A stretch of 64,000 nt of DNA from an uncultured Candidatus Berkelbacteria bacterium (GTDB taxonomy: Bacteria > Patescibacteriota > UBA1384 > UBA12157). The notes beneath the pieces were generated by a model. It had not been told where the DNA came from. It was given only the letters and a program-made list of their open reading frames with translations, and made no database searches. The stretch covers positions 111-64,110 of the forward strand of contig CAIRFN010000007.1 of NCBI GenBank assembly GCA_903877885.1, given 5' to 3'. Shown here in pieces: positions 9,103 through 19,939 of this stretch. Numbering within the stretch: position 1 is the first letter of the stretch; each line of letters starts with the position of its first letter. The position numbers and the translations under genes are program-made.

Positions 9103-9636
9103 ATGCAAGAATATTTTGATGTTTTGGATGAAAATGGCAAGAAGACAGGACAGATAAAATTGCGGTCCGAGGTTCATCGTGACGGCGATTGGCACGCGGC
9201 AGTTCATATCTGGATTTTGAATTCTAACAATGAATTATTGATTCAAAAGCGATCACCAGAGAAGGACTCGCATCCTAACCTTTGGGATATTTCCGCCGCC
9301 GGCCATATTTCCGCTGGCCATGAAATTATCGATTCAGCTATTCGCGAAATCAATGAAGAACTTGGCCTAAATATTGAGCCATCAGAGTTAGAACATCTCT
9401 ATACCTACACTCAAAAACATACCCACGATGGTTTTAATAATAATCAACTGAATTATGTTTATCTTTTAAAAAAGGACCTTGATATCGATAAACTCGTTTT
9501 ACAAAAAGAAGAAGTTGCCGAAGTTAAATTTATTCCTTATCAAGAATTAGCAGTTTTATCAGCTAATGGCACGATGGTGCCACATCCTGAGGAACATCAA
9601 AAAATCCTTGAAGTTTTGAATGAAAGGTTTAAGTAA
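9103..9636 (+). CDS. NUDIX hydrolase, type-1 IPP-isomerase-like.
   Basis: HRDGDWHAAVHIWILN...LLIQKRS..K...P..WD.S.AGH pattern and a REINEELGL Nudix-box remnant. Confidence 0.6.
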   Translation: MQEYFDVLDENGKKTGQIKLRSEVHRDGDWHAAVHIWILNSNNELLIQKRSPEKDSHPNLWDISAAGHISAGHEIIDSAIREINEELGLNIEPSELEHLYTYTQKHTHDGFNNNQLNYVYLLKKDLDIDKLVLQKEEVAEVKFIPYQELAVLSANGTMVPHPEEHQKILEVLNERFK

Positions 9637-9650
9637 TGAATTGAATGATA

Positions 9651-9687
9651 GATTCCAGATCCTGCGGCCCGCCGGTCTGGAATGACA
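9651..9687. repeat. Repeat A, inverted copy.
   Basis: GATTCCAGATCCTGCGGCCCGCCGGTCTGGAATGACA. Confidence 0.8.
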
Positions 9688-9721
9688 ATAATTATTTATA
9701 AAATAATATAAAAGGAGCTAA

Positions 9722-10036
9722 ATGAACGAAAGCAAATATCAACCACCATATGATGATGAATTAATTGCCGGCACTACGACCGAAAAAAACCGAATTGAAA
9801 TTAATAGCATTCTCGCCGAAGAAGAAATTCAAAAATACGAGACCTATTTGGCTCATTTAAAAGAATCGTTTGCCAAAACAGCCAGTCCAAGAATCGGTCG
9901 GGATATTGCTAGAATTGAGGACATGCTCGCTCGGATGAAACATGACTATAAGGAACAAAAAGAAAATGTCGAGGGTTATAGAAAACAGGTTAGTTATCCC
10001 TTTAAACCAAAAGAAGAACAAAAACAAGTTGACTAA
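9722..10036 (+). CDS. Hypothetical protein.
   Basis: ORF with a good RBS (AAAGGAGC). No recognisable domain. Confidence 0.5.
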   Translation: MNESKYQPPYDDELIAGTTTEKNRIEINSILAEEEIQKYETYLAHLKESFAKTASPRIGRDIARIEDMLARMKHDYKEQKENVEGYRKQVSYPFKPKEEQKQVD

Positions 10037-10065
10037 TTACAGGTTTCAACCTAGAATAGAGACAT

Positions 10066-11148
10066 ATGCAAAATAATAACTACATTGTCATAATGGCAGG
10101 TGGATCTGGGACCAGGCTTTGGCCGGTGTCTCGAGCTAATTTACCCAAACAATTTCACAAGTTCTCGGACAATGAAAAATCGTTAATTCAAGAAACATAT
10201 GACAGGGTTAAGGATTTGGTGCCGCGCGAGAATATTTATGTTTCGCTAGTTAGCAATATTTTCAAAACCACTCGCGAACAATTACCAGATATTCCGGAAC
10301 ACAATTTTATTATCGAGCCAGAAGGCAAAAACACAGCGCCGGCGATTGGACTGATCGCTAGTTTAATCGAGCACGAAAATCCCGAAGCGATTGTTGCTAC
10401 TGTAGCATCAGATCATACGGTTGAAGATGTAGAACAATTTCAAAAAGTTCTAAAACAGGCTTTCAAATTCGTTAAAGACCGTCCAGGGTATTTAGTCACC
10501 GTTGGTATTAAACCGACCGAGCCAAATACTGGTTATGGCTATATTAAACTTGGCCGTAAGTTTCCTAATGAAGAAGTCCATGAAGTCGAAAAGTTTGTGG
10601 AAAAACCAAATTTAGCGACCGCCAAACAATATGTTGATTCCGGCGAATATCTTTGGAACGCCAGCTATTTTATTTGGAAAGCTAGCCAAATGATTGCCAA
10701 TTTCGTTAAACACGCACCACATATTCACTCTCATTTAAGCTCAATTTACAAAGCGGTTAATACCAAAAACTATCAAGAAACTTTGGAAAAAGAATATGCT
10801 AAGTTTTTGAAAGAACCAATTGATACGGCTATTATTGAAAAATTAACCAAAGTCGCAGTTATTCCGGCCGATTTAGGTTGGTCCGATGTTGGCACCTGGT
10901 CCAGCTTGTACGAGTTGCTAAGCAAAAATACTGGTGAAACCAATGTTACGCGCGGTCATCACATTGGGGTTGACGACAAGAACTGTTTAATTTATGCTCA
11001 AGATAAGTTATTGGCTACGGTTGGGTTAGAAAATATCATCATAGTAGACACACCAGATGTGACTTTAGTCTGCGATAAGAGCAAAACCCAAGAAATCAAA
11101 GCCTTAATGGAAAAATTAAAAGAACAAGGTCAAGAAAAATATTTGTAG
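10066..11148 (+). CDS. manC: Mannose-1-phosphate guanylyltransferase (GDP-mannose pyrophosphorylase).
   Basis: N-terminal IMAGGSGTRLWPVSR...PKQF nucleotidyltransferase signature. Typical length. Confidence 0.8.
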   Translation: MQNNNYIVIMAGGSGTRLWPVSRANLPKQFHKFSDNEKSLIQETYDRVKDLVPRENIYVSLVSNIFKTTREQLPDIPEHNFIIEPEGKNTAPAIGLIASLIEHENPEAIVATVASDHTVEDVEQFQKVLKQAFKFVKDRPGYLVTVGIKPTEPNTGYGYIKLGRKFPNEEVHEVEKFVEKPNLATAKQYVDSGEYLWNASYFIWKASQMIANFVKHAPHIHSHLSSIYKAVNTKNYQETLEKEYAKFLKEPIDTAIIEKLTKVAVIPADLGWSDVGTWSSLYELLSKNTGETNVTRGHHIGVDDKNCLIYAQDKLLATVGLENIIIVDTPDVTLVCDKSKTQEIKALMEKLKEQGQEKYL

Positions 11149-11166
11149 AATACAAAGGAGCTCATT

Positions 11167-12486
11167 TTGCGACGAAATCTCTGGATAATTTTAGGTGTAA
11201 TTTTATTAATCGCCATTGGCGCTGGTTTTATGGATTGGCCAACCGGACCAAACATTTCCATTGGTAAGTTTTACAAGGAAATTAAGGTCCATGAAGGTTT
11301 GGATTTACAAGGTGGGACCCATTTAGTTTATGAACTTGACACTTCCAAAATCGACCAAAAAAATCTCCAATCCGCCAGTCAGTCTGTGGTCAATGTGATT
11401 GATCGCCGTATCAACGGTCTTGGCGTTTCCGAACCAGTGATTCAAACTGCCAAAATCGGCGACAAACAAACCGTTATTATTGAACTACCTGGCATTTCCG
11501 ATATTAATGAAGCCACTAACTTGATTGGTAAAACCGCCCAATTAAAATTCAAGGAATTAGATACGACAGCCCAGCCGACAAAAAATGCCGATGGCTCAAC
11601 TACTATTAGCGGTGGTCAAAATGTTGGCACAACTTGGAAAGATACGGAATTAACCGGCGCCAATTTACAAAGCGCAACGGTTGATTTTAGTAAAGATAAT
11701 GGCGAGCCAGAAGTGGCGATTCAGTTTAATAATGATGGCGCCAAAATTTTCTCGGCTCTAACGCAAAAGAATTTACAAAAACCGATTGCCATTGAACTTG
11801 ATGGCGAAATTATTTCCGCCCCAACTGTGCAAACTCAAATCGATAACGGTCAAGCGGTCATCACTGGTAAATTTACTATTCAAGAAGCTAAGAAATTAGC
11901 TTTAGAGCTTAACGCTGGCGCACTGCCAGTGCCAATTAAATTGATTGAGCAACAAAATATCGGCGCAACCTTAGGGACCGAATCAGTCAAAAAGAGTTTG
12001 GTTGCCGGCTTAATTGGACTTTTGCTTGTCGCTGTCTTTATGATTGTTTATTACCGTCTACCAGGCGCTCTCGCCGTCGTGGCTTTGTTTATTTACACTT
12101 TGGTAACATTGGCTTTATTTAAACTTATTCCAGTTACTTTAACCCTGGCTGGCATTGCCGGTTTCATTCTTTCTGTTGGTATGGCCGTGGATGCTAACAT
12201 CTTAATTTTTGAACGCGTCAAAGAAGAATTAAATATAGGCAAGTCTATGGGGTTAGCGATTGAAGAAGGTTTTAAACGCGCTTGGAGTTCCATTCGCGAT
12301 TCCAACATTTCATCGCTTATCACTGCCGGCATTTTGTATTATGGCACTACCGGCGTGGTTCGCGGCTTTGCTGTCACTTTGGCTTTGGGTATTTTCATTT
12401 CACTCTTTACCGCCATTACTGTCACCCGAACATTCTTACGATTGTTTGTCGGCACCAGCTTAGAGAAATATTTAACTGTTAAATAG
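11167..12486 (+). CDS. secD: Protein translocase subunit SecD.
   Basis: GLDLQGGTHLVYEL motif and six C-terminal TM helices. TTG start after an AAAGGAGC RBS. Confidence 0.9.
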   Translation: MRRNLWIILGVILLIAIGAGFMDWPTGPNISIGKFYKEIKVHEGLDLQGGTHLVYELDTSKIDQKNLQSASQSVVNVIDRRINGLGVSEPVIQTAKIGDKQTVIIELPGISDINEATNLIGKTAQLKFKELDTTAQPTKNADGSTTISGGQNVGTTWKDTELTGANLQSATVDFSKDNGEPEVAIQFNNDGAKIFSALTQKNLQKPIAIELDGEIISAPTVQTQIDNGQAVITGKFTIQEAKKLALELNAGALPVPIKLIEQQNIGATLGTESVKKSLVAGLIGLLLVAVFMIVYYRLPGALAVVALFIYTLVTLALFKLIPVTLTLAGIAGFILSVGMAVDANILIFERVKEELNIGKSMGLAIEEGFKRAWSSIRDSNISSLITAGILYYGTTGVVRGFAVTLALGIFISLFTAITVTRTFLRLFVGTSLEKYLTVK

Positions 12487-12498
12487 GAGTCCATCATT

Positions 12499-13404
12499 AT
12501 GAACATTATTGGTTACAGAAAAATTTGGTATACAATTAGCGGCATTTTAATTATTCCTGGCATTATCGCTCTCTTTGTATGGGGTTTAAAACCCGGGATC
12601 GATTTTAAAGGTGGCACCATTATTGAAACAAAGTTTAGTCAAAATACTTCAGTTGACCAGGTTAAAAATGGCTTAGGGGAGTTACAACTTAAAAATCTAA
12701 CCGTGCAAACAACTTCGCCAAATACTTTTTTTATCCGAACTGAACCAATTACGCAAGATCAACACTCAAAAATTGGTGAGAGCCTTATAAAAGTAGGGGA
12801 GAACCAAGAATTAAGTTATCAAACTGTTGGTCCAACTGTCAGTAATGATTTGAAGACAAAGGCGGTTGTGGCTGTTATTTTAGCTAGTTTTGCCATTATT
12901 TTTTATGTCGCATTTGCTTTTCGTCAAGTCCCCCGTCCAGCCAGTTCTTGGAAATTTGGGGTAGCGGCAGTGCTCGCTTTAATCCATGATTTAGCTTTTG
13001 TCACTGGTATATGGGCGATTCTAGGCCATTTTCTTGGTTATGAAATCGATTCCTTGTTTATAACCGGTTTACTTACGATTATGGGTTTCTCGGTTCACGA
13101 TACCATCGTTGTCTTTGATCGTATCCGAGAAAACCTGCGTAAACATCCGTCATTGGGCTTTGAAGAAAATGTGAATAATAGTATTATCCAAACCATCAAT
13201 CGGTCACTTAATACGTCTTTGACCGTTCTAATCGTTTTGGCGGCCTTGTATTTCCTTGGCGGTGCTTCGCTTAAGCATTTTGTCTTATTACTCTTAATCG
13301 GCATTACCATTGGCACATATTCATCGATATTTAATGCTTCGCCGATCTTAGTCAGTTGGCAAGGATGGGCCATGAACCGTCTTAATAAAAAGACTGCGGC
13401 CTAG
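12499..13404 (+). CDS. secF: Protein translocase subunit SecF.
   Basis: GIDFKGGT motif and C-terminal TM bundle. Immediately follows secD. Confidence 0.9.
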   Translation: MNIIGYRKIWYTISGILIIPGIIALFVWGLKPGIDFKGGTIIETKFSQNTSVDQVKNGLGELQLKNLTVQTTSPNTFFIRTEPITQDQHSKIGESLIKVGENQELSYQTVGPTVSNDLKTKAVVAVILASFAIIFYVAFAFRQVPRPASSWKFGVAAVLALIHDLAFVTGIWAILGHFLGYEIDSLFITGLLTIMGFSVHDTIVVFDRIRENLRKHPSLGFEENVNNSIIQTINRSLNTSLTVLIVLAALYFLGGASLKHFVLLLLIGITIGTYSSIFNASPILVSWQGWAMNRLNKKTAA

Positions 13405-13723
13405 GCCCGTGTAGAGCCTTATTTAACAGGTTCAAAGTCTAACTAAAAATACGATCGTAAGCCAAGTAAACGTCTGCAAATCTACTTAACTCACGATCGT
13501 ATTTTTAGTAAAATAACTACTATTATATAGTATATATAGTAGTGGAGACAGGTGAGAGTCAGGTTGAAAAACAGCACTACAGGCTGACTAGTTAGCTCCT
13601 GGTATAAAAAGATAATAGGTTAGTTGATATGATTTTACCTGTTATTCGTCAAAATGATGTAAATAATGCGTCTGAAAATAAACCTTTTGCGACGCAACAA
13701 TAGTATCAGATATAAAGATCTAT

Positions 13724-13752
13724 AAAAACACTTTTATTTAAGAGTGTTTTTG
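13724..13752. terminator. Intrinsic terminator-like hairpin in the secF/ATPase convergent intergenic region.
   Basis: AAAAACACT...AGTGTTTTTG. Confidence 0.45.
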
Positions 13753-13890
13753 ATTAAATAAAGGATTTCAAATTTTGTTAAATTACTCTATTTTGCAATG
13801 TTTAGCGCCCGACATTAAAATAAAACTACTTTTGAAAAAGTGCGAAAAATTCGAAATTCGCCTCTCTCGCCCTCTCCCCCAGTCTATTTC

Positions 13891-13924
13891 CAAAAATAAC
13901 AGGTTTGTGAACCTGTTATTTTTG
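13891..13924. terminator. Bidirectional intrinsic terminator.
   Basis: AAAAATAACAGGTT-TGTG-AACCTGTTATTTTT: an 11-bp stem flanked by an A-run and a T-run, about 70 nt past the stop of the 941-aa ATPase gene. Confidence 0.65.
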
Positions 13925-13996
13925 CGGAAAACTAGAAAACAACATGTCGCTAGACTGTTATTTTTTACTCAATCACCTATTTGTGTCTATATCATC

Positions 13997-16822
13997 TTAA
14001 ATTTTAACCGATTTACCCTCTTCTAAAGGCTCTGCATTACTATTTGCTAGGCTTTTCATAATAATAGCTTTATCTTCTTCAATCTCTGAATTGATTGGCT
14101 TAAGCACTACTGGAGCTATAACAGCTGGCTCTTCGGTAGAAGTTTCTGGCTCTAATGCCGCCAGACGATCCTTTTGCCATTGTTCCATTTTATCATCAAA
14201 AACTTCCGCTTTTTCTTCAGTTTTTTGAATTTTTTCTTGGACCGTTTCTTCAGTTAAAGGTTGATCTTCGGTGCCACCGCCCAAGTACCAACGAACATCG
14301 CCGGGGTTTTGGACTTCGCGGTAATAGGTCTCCCCTATTTTTGGTGGGATTTTCACCACTAACTTCTTTTGCTGTTTAGTCATAATCTCTTCAATTTTTG
14401 GTAAATCCGCAATTTGACCAATTTGGGCTTCAACATATTCCCGATTCTTACTGTAAGTTTTCCGGGAAAACTCAATGATTTTTTCCACATTATTAAACTT
14501 AGTGGCGCTTCGCGGTAAGGTCTTGGCAGAAAACGCCGGGCTCGTCACACTATCAATGGACATCTTCACATAGACATGATAGTTATCGAGGTTAATTAAA
14601 TCATTGGCTTCGAAAATCGGCATAAACTCTGATTGTAGAAAATCCGCATCCGGTGAGCCAACGCGGAAAGTAATAATGGTCCCAACGTTACCGATAACCG
14701 CATCGCGGACCGGTTCAATCATTTGGGCCACATATTGATGAGCCATAATTAAGTTCAAATGATATTTGCGAGCTTCAGACAAAATAGTGGCAAACGATTC
14801 GGTCGCAAAGTTTTGAAACTCATCAACATAGAGATAGAAATCGCGACGATCTTCTTCTTTGATGCTGGCGCGGCGCATCGCAGTTAACTGAATTTTGGTA
14901 ATCATAAGAGAACCAAGCAAGGCCGAAGCATCTTCACCAATCTCACCAGTAGAAAGATTGACCAAGAAGATTTTGCCCGTATTCATAATTTCTTCAATAT
15001 TGATGGTCGACTTTGGCTGGCCAATAATATTACGAATCGTGGAGCTGGAAAGAAACTGACCAACTTTGTTTTGAATTGGAGCAATGGCTTCAGTTCGAAA
15101 CTTTGGATCGTATTGCTCATATTCGTTGACAAAGAAATCTTTAATCACCGGATCGGTAATTTGGGTGACGACTTTGTCGCGATAGGATTTATCAACCAGA
15201 AGTCTGGTTACGCCGAGCATAGTGGAATTTGGCACATCCAAGAGCGCCAGGACCGTGTTACGCAAAATGTATTCCAGTCTTGGACCCCAACTTTCACCAA
15301 AGATTTTTTTGAAAATACCGACGACACCAGAGGCGATAATGTTTTTCAAATCTGGATCAACGTTTTCCAATGGATTAAAAGCCACCGGATAGTTTCGATC
15401 GGCTGGCGAGAAAATAACCACATCTTTAATTCGCTCTTCGGGAATATATTCAATAATATGATTAATCAAATCACCATGAGGATCGACCACGGCAATACCA
15501 CGACCTTCGCGAATATCATCAATGGCCATATTTTCCAGCAAAGTTGATTTACCGGTCCCAGTCTTACCAATGACATACATATGATAGCGGCGATCCGGGA
15601 TCTTAATCCCAAATTTGTGTTTCAAATGCCTGAAGTCGGTTTGACCAAAAATCGTTAAATCTTGCGGGTCCACATTTTCTTCAATTGGCAAGTTCGCTGG
15701 CGGTTCGCCTTTTTTACTTCCGGCCCAAACAATGTTTGGCGTGGCGACGGTAATACTCGGTAAATGGTAAATGCTAGCTAATTCTTCGGTATTTAGAACA
15801 TAGCCTTCATCGATAAACAAACGGTGAGCATAATCAGCCCAGGCCGTCGGAGAGGTGTTAAGCGAACCGGATTTAAAACCATTCATATTTAAAAGATTAA
15901 ATTGTTTAAAAGCGCTCACGATTTCGGTAATTTTAGCTCTAGCTGTATTTTCATTGGGCGCGACTGATAATAAACGGATTTTGGTCCCGAAGCCCAATTT
16001 AGTCACTTTGGTTTCAATGCCTTTAAGTCCTGCCTCTTCAGTCCCGGACAGTTTAGTTTCTTCAGCCTTAACTCCACGAGCCGATTCTGGTGTAGTGCCA
16101 GTCATAATTGTGGTAAAAATCGCCGAGAGACTTCTGGCGACAGTACCCCAGAAAATCTCACTTAGATTTTTGCCTTTGACAGTGCCAGACTTAACCGCTT
16201 TAATATGTTTCATGCCCTTGGATTGCCAATCATCAGGCACAGGTTTAACCATAATTTGCATCCAGATTTGTTCATCACGTTCGATTTTTGATAAGACACT
16301 AGTAATAGCAGACAAAGGATCGACTTCAAAATTTAAGAAGGATTTAATCGGAAAAACATCGTTATTGGTTAAACTAATTTCGGTCCCAGCAACTTTGGCG
16401 CTACCAGAATTAACATGTTCAGCTTCTTCTAGAGTGTAGTCATCGACTTCGTTAATTTCCGCAGTCGGATATTGGGCATAGATCTGACCGGTGACAAAAT
16501 CTTTTAAATGAGTTGGAGTGCAAACATAGAAATAGATGTATTTATCACGCGCCGCAATTTCAAAACTAATATATTCTTGATAAGGATTTTCTGCTCGGTA
16601 AATACCATGAATAGCCGAAAACATTTGTTCGGCAGCTAATGGTGTTTTTTCATTGTTTTTTGGGACCAGAATTCTAAGGACAACAAAACGTATTTTCGAA
16701 AACCATTCGATTTTCTGGTTTTGTTGGCGATTCTTGATGATTTTAGAAATAATCAGCATTGGCATCAAAATAACTCCGAGTAGAATTAAGCCTTTAATAA
16801 ATAGTGGTAATAATGTTTGCAT
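13997..16822 (-). CDS. Membrane-anchored FtsK/HerA-superfamily ATPase, TraG/VirD4 (T4CP)-like, with a long N-terminal domain and an acidic C-terminal tail.
   Basis: N-terminal TM helix; Walker A VIGKTGTGKST followed by AVVDPHGDL (T4CP DPKGE-like); Walker B YLYVDEFQNF. Paralog of the 17384-19900 gene. Confidence 0.7.
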   Translation of the reverse strand: MQTLLPLFIKGLILLGVILMPMLIISKIIKNRQQNQKIEWFSKIRFVVLRILVPKNNEKTPLAAEQMFSAIHGIYRAENPYQEYISFEIAARDKYIYFYVCTPTHLKDFVTGQIYAQYPTAEINEVDDYTLEEAEHVNSGSAKVAGTEISLTNNDVFPIKSFLNFEVDPLSAITSVLSKIERDEQIWMQIMVKPVPDDWQSKGMKHIKAVKSGTVKGKNLSEIFWGTVARSLSAIFTTIMTGTTPESARGVKAEETKLSGTEEAGLKGIETKVTKLGFGTKIRLLSVAPNENTARAKITEIVSAFKQFNLLNMNGFKSGSLNTSPTAWADYAHRLFIDEGYVLNTEELASIYHLPSITVATPNIVWAGSKKGEPPANLPIEENVDPQDLTIFGQTDFRHLKHKFGIKIPDRRYHMYVIGKTGTGKSTLLENMAIDDIREGRGIAVVDPHGDLINHIIEYIPEERIKDVVIFSPADRNYPVAFNPLENVDPDLKNIIASGVVGIFKKIFGESWGPRLEYILRNTVLALLDVPNSTMLGVTRLLVDKSYRDKVVTQITDPVIKDFFVNEYEQYDPKFRTEAIAPIQNKVGQFLSSSTIRNIIGQPKSTINIEEIMNTGKIFLVNLSTGEIGEDASALLGSLMITKIQLTAMRRASIKEEDRRDFYLYVDEFQNFATESFATILSEARKYHLNLIMAHQYVAQMIEPVRDAVIGNVGTIITFRVGSPDADFLQSEFMPIFEANDLINLDNYHVYVKMSIDSVTSPAFSAKTLPRSATKFNNVEKIIEFSRKTYSKNREYVEAQIGQIADLPKIEEIMTKQQKKLVVKIPPKIGETYYREVQNPGDVRWYLGGGTEDQPLTEETVQEKIQKTEEKAEVFDDKMEQWQKDRLAALEPETSTEEPAVIAPVVLKPINSEIEEDKAIIMKSLANSNAEPLEEGKSVKI

Positions 16823-16834
16823 AAGTTATTTTCT

Positions 16835-17347
16835 TTACTTTTTTTCAACTAAATTTTCGATGGCTGCCCAATCGCATTCACCAACTTTTGGTACCACAGC
16901 GGTAACTTTGTCGCCAGCTTTGGCTTTGAAATATGTGACTGATGATTGCAGACATTGATACTTTTTGTTATCACAAGTAACATGCCAGCGTTCACTAGTT
17001 TTTTGCAATTTGCCCATCACACGTTTGCGTTCGACTGGTCCAATTTGTTTAAAGATAAAAGAGCCGTCGGGACTGATGGTTAGTTTCATTTTGTCGCCAG
17101 CCACCAATTTTGATTTGGACGCATAGTTAGCGGGCACAGAATGCTTGGTCCCATCTTTATCAATCATTTCTTCGCCATCAAACACACCTTCGATAATCGT
17201 TAACGGTCCGGTGGTAATCATTTCTAAATTCTCGGCTTCTTCTTGATAAACTTGCTCAAACATAATCCGACGCACCGATCGAACTTTTTCTTCAATTTCT
17301 TCTAATAGTTTTCTAAGTTGTGTAAATTTTTTACCATCTTGATCCAT
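16835..17347 (-). CDS. Hypothetical 170-aa protein encoded between the two T4CP-like ATPase genes.
   Basis: ORF, co-directional and tightly spaced with its neighbours. No recognisable domain. Confidence 0.5.
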   Translation of the reverse strand: MDQDGKKFTQLRKLLEEIEEKVRSVRRIMFEQVYQEEAENLEMITTGPLTIIEGVFDGEEMIDKDGTKHSVPANYASKSKLVAGDKMKLTISPDGSFIFKQIGPVERKRVMGKLQKTSERWHVTCDNKKYQCLQSSVTYFKAKAGDKVTAVVPKVGECDWAAIENLVEKK

Positions 17348-17383
17348 AGTATCCTCATTTTTGTTTTTGTATTTTAAAGTATC

Positions 17384-19900
17384 CTACAAATTGTTTAGTG
17401 GTCCATTTGCTCCAGCTGGTGGAGTAACTGGCGGTTGAGCTGCGAAACTTTCGGCCATAATTTGATTTATTTCGGCTACCGGTCGGCAATAATTTTGGCG
17501 CGACAGGTTCCTCACTTGCTCACGAACTTCCGGATTTGAAGGAACACCGCTTTTAATTCCTTTCATACTAAACGGCTTGGTCGGCGTACCATCAACCAGT
17601 AGTTTAGTATAAGTGTTAAATTTATCTAAATTGGTCATATCGTCAACTGACAGCCCCGGAAATTCCTTGACCATGAACTCGGCGTCAGCCGCACCAATGC
17701 GATAGCAAATCATGGTGCCAGCGTTACCGACGACCGCATCACGAATCTTTTCGGTTAGTTGAGCAATATATTGGTTGGTAATATTTAAGCTTAGTCGATA
17801 TTTGCGCGCTTCAGACAAAATAGTGGCAAAACTGTCGGTGGCAAAGTTTTGAAACTCATCAACATAGAGATAGAAATCCTTGCGGGTTTCCTCTGGCATA
17901 TCGGCGCGGGAGAAGGCGGCCATTTGGATTTTATTAACAATAATCAAACCCAAAAGGCTCATATTGACTTCGCCGATTTTACCTTTACTTAAGTTTACCA
18001 ATAAAATTTTGCCTTCATCCATAATCTGGCGAAAATCAAAAGCCGATTTTTTCTGACCGATAATATTGCGCATCATATCGTTGGTCATAAAACGACCAAA
18101 TTTAGATGTAAAATAATTTAACATTTCCGATTTATGAAAATCAGCGGTTTTAGCCATTTGCTGATCCCAGAAACCCTTGACCACCGGGTCGGTGACATAG
18201 GACACGACTTTTGTTTTGAAAGCATCATCGGTAAAAATACGCGGAATATCGATTAAGGTACCGCCGCCTGGTTGAGCCATAATAGTTAGTGCCGCATTTC
18301 GAAACCAATGTTCAAATTGCGGTCCGACCATACCGGTACGATTCGGGTCAAATAATTTATAGAAAATCTCGATCACTTCTTGAATTAAAAAGTCACGATC
18401 TTCCGCATTTTTAAATTCCATCATGTTAAGACCAGCCGGCCATTCGGTATCCGAGGGGTCAAATAGAATAACATCTTTCATTCGTTCCGGTGGAATTTTA
18501 CCAAGCAAATCTTCGATGGCGTCGCCCAATGGATCAATATAACAACAACCGTGACCGGCCAGAATATCTTGCTCAATCATATTGGTAAACAAAGTGGTTT
18601 TACCCACACCGGTTTTACCAATCATGAAAATGTGGCGGCGGCGGTCATCAGGCTTAATTTTAATAAAAGTTTCTTGGTCCCGATAAACCGACAAGCCCAT
18701 GGTTGTGCCTTCGGTTGGCACATTGGCTGGCGGCGCCATTTCTTTAGCCAAGAGCCAGCGAATGTTTGGGGTTTCAATGTTTTGGTTGGGAAAGTGATAT
18801 AAAGTCGCCAATTCTTCGGTATTTAGGATAAAGCTCTTTTTACCTCGAAGAAAGCGTCGCAAAATGTATTCTTTGGCTGTAGTAGCATCGCCAGATTTGA
18901 TTTTAAAACCATTAAGTTCCGGTGTACCCAAAACCGCAAAAGCCGAAGCCATATTTTGCAAATTAGTGCTCGCCGACATTTTATCGGTGGCCACACTCAC
19001 TAAGCGCAAAGTTGTCTTAAAACCGTTTTTAGAAACCTTTTCATTGAGAGCCTTCATCAAACCATCTTGAATCGGGGTCATTGGTTTGTAAGTATTTTTA
19101 TCCATGCCTGGCGGTTTGTTGGCAATGGAATCGGTCCCGGAATGGACCGCACTGGAAAAACTATCAAAAAACCAATGAATCGCTTTAATATACCATTTGT
19201 CGATTAAAACCGAGGTCTTACCTTCCTGAACTTTTTTAATCGCGGTAATGGCCGGAATGCGCCAGTTCTCACCGGCTGGTCGAATAATCATTTGGAATGC
19301 GGCATTAGCACCTTCGCCCAATTTACTCATGGTGTTAGTAATACTATTTAAAGGATCACTTTCGAGCGCGGCATAGGTTTTGATCGGCAAAATAAATCTT
19401 TTAGTTAATTTCATCGTAGCGGTGGCGAAATCACCGGTTTGAACTTGGCCATCAGCATTTTTAAGTTCAAAAATATTTGGGGTTCGCACTGACACTAAAT
19501 TGGCAGTTGGATATTGCGATTGGATTTGTTTAGAGACCATTTCCTCAATCATTTTGGGACAAGAAACATAGAAAGAAATCAAATTGTCCTTGGCCACAAT
19601 TTCAAAGGAAATTTGTTCTTGTTCCTGAATGATTTGATTAGTGATGTCCGATGAGTACAAGCTGGCAAAAGACGAAAACATTTGCTCAGCCACAGAAATA
19701 AGTTGTTTAAAATCTTTTGGCGCTTCCTTGTCGCTAACATGATGAAGTTCTTTAGGTAGAGTCACCAAGAAAACCCGAGTATTTAAAACCCGTTGAATTT
19801 CCAAGTTTTTGCGATGATTCTCGACCAGCCAATAAATAAAATAAGCTAGGCCGAAAATTGCGACAACTATCAGCCAAAAAATGATAAAATTAAATTCCAT
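17384..19900 (-). CDS. Membrane-anchored FtsK/HerA-superfamily ATPase, TraG/VirD4 (T4CP)-like, paralog of the 941-aa protein.
   Basis: N-terminal TM; MIGKTGVGKTT then YIDPLGD; YLYVDEFQNFATDSFATILSEARKY is near-identical to the block in the 941-aa paralog. Confidence 0.7.
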   Translation of the reverse strand: MEFNFIIFWLIVVAIFGLAYFIYWLVENHRKNLEIQRVLNTRVFLVTLPKELHHVSDKEAPKDFKQLISVAEQMFSSFASLYSSDITNQIIQEQEQISFEIVAKDNLISFYVSCPKMIEEMVSKQIQSQYPTANLVSVRTPNIFELKNADGQVQTGDFATATMKLTKRFILPIKTYAALESDPLNSITNTMSKLGEGANAAFQMIIRPAGENWRIPAITAIKKVQEGKTSVLIDKWYIKAIHWFFDSFSSAVHSGTDSIANKPPGMDKNTYKPMTPIQDGLMKALNEKVSKNGFKTTLRLVSVATDKMSASTNLQNMASAFAVLGTPELNGFKIKSGDATTAKEYILRRFLRGKKSFILNTEELATLYHFPNQNIETPNIRWLLAKEMAPPANVPTEGTTMGLSVYRDQETFIKIKPDDRRRHIFMIGKTGVGKTTLFTNMIEQDILAGHGCCYIDPLGDAIEDLLGKIPPERMKDVILFDPSDTEWPAGLNMMEFKNAEDRDFLIQEVIEIFYKLFDPNRTGMVGPQFEHWFRNAALTIMAQPGGGTLIDIPRIFTDDAFKTKVVSYVTDPVVKGFWDQQMAKTADFHKSEMLNYFTSKFGRFMTNDMMRNIIGQKKSAFDFRQIMDEGKILLVNLSKGKIGEVNMSLLGLIIVNKIQMAAFSRADMPEETRKDFYLYVDEFQNFATDSFATILSEARKYRLSLNITNQYIAQLTEKIRDAVVGNAGTMICYRIGAADAEFMVKEFPGLSVDDMTNLDKFNTYTKLLVDGTPTKPFSMKGIKSGVPSNPEVREQVRNLSRQNYCRPVAEINQIMAESFAAQPPVTPPAGANGPLNNL

Positions 19901-19939
19901 TATCCCCTGCCCTCTTTGTTTTTACAAATATTTTTTGTT

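Noticed and set aside
13775-14026. 83-aa plus-strand ORF in the secF/ATPase intergenic region.
   Set aside because: It overlaps terminator hairpins, has no RBS, a Leu/Phe-rich low-complexity translation, and runs into the convergent gene's 3' end.
15071-19070. Several 68-194-aa plus-strand ORFs inside the two large ATPase genes (15071-15547, 15855-16439, 18551-18802, 18864-19070).
   Set aside because: They are opposite-strand shadows of long, well-supported coding regions. No start-site context is present and the translations have no domain features.
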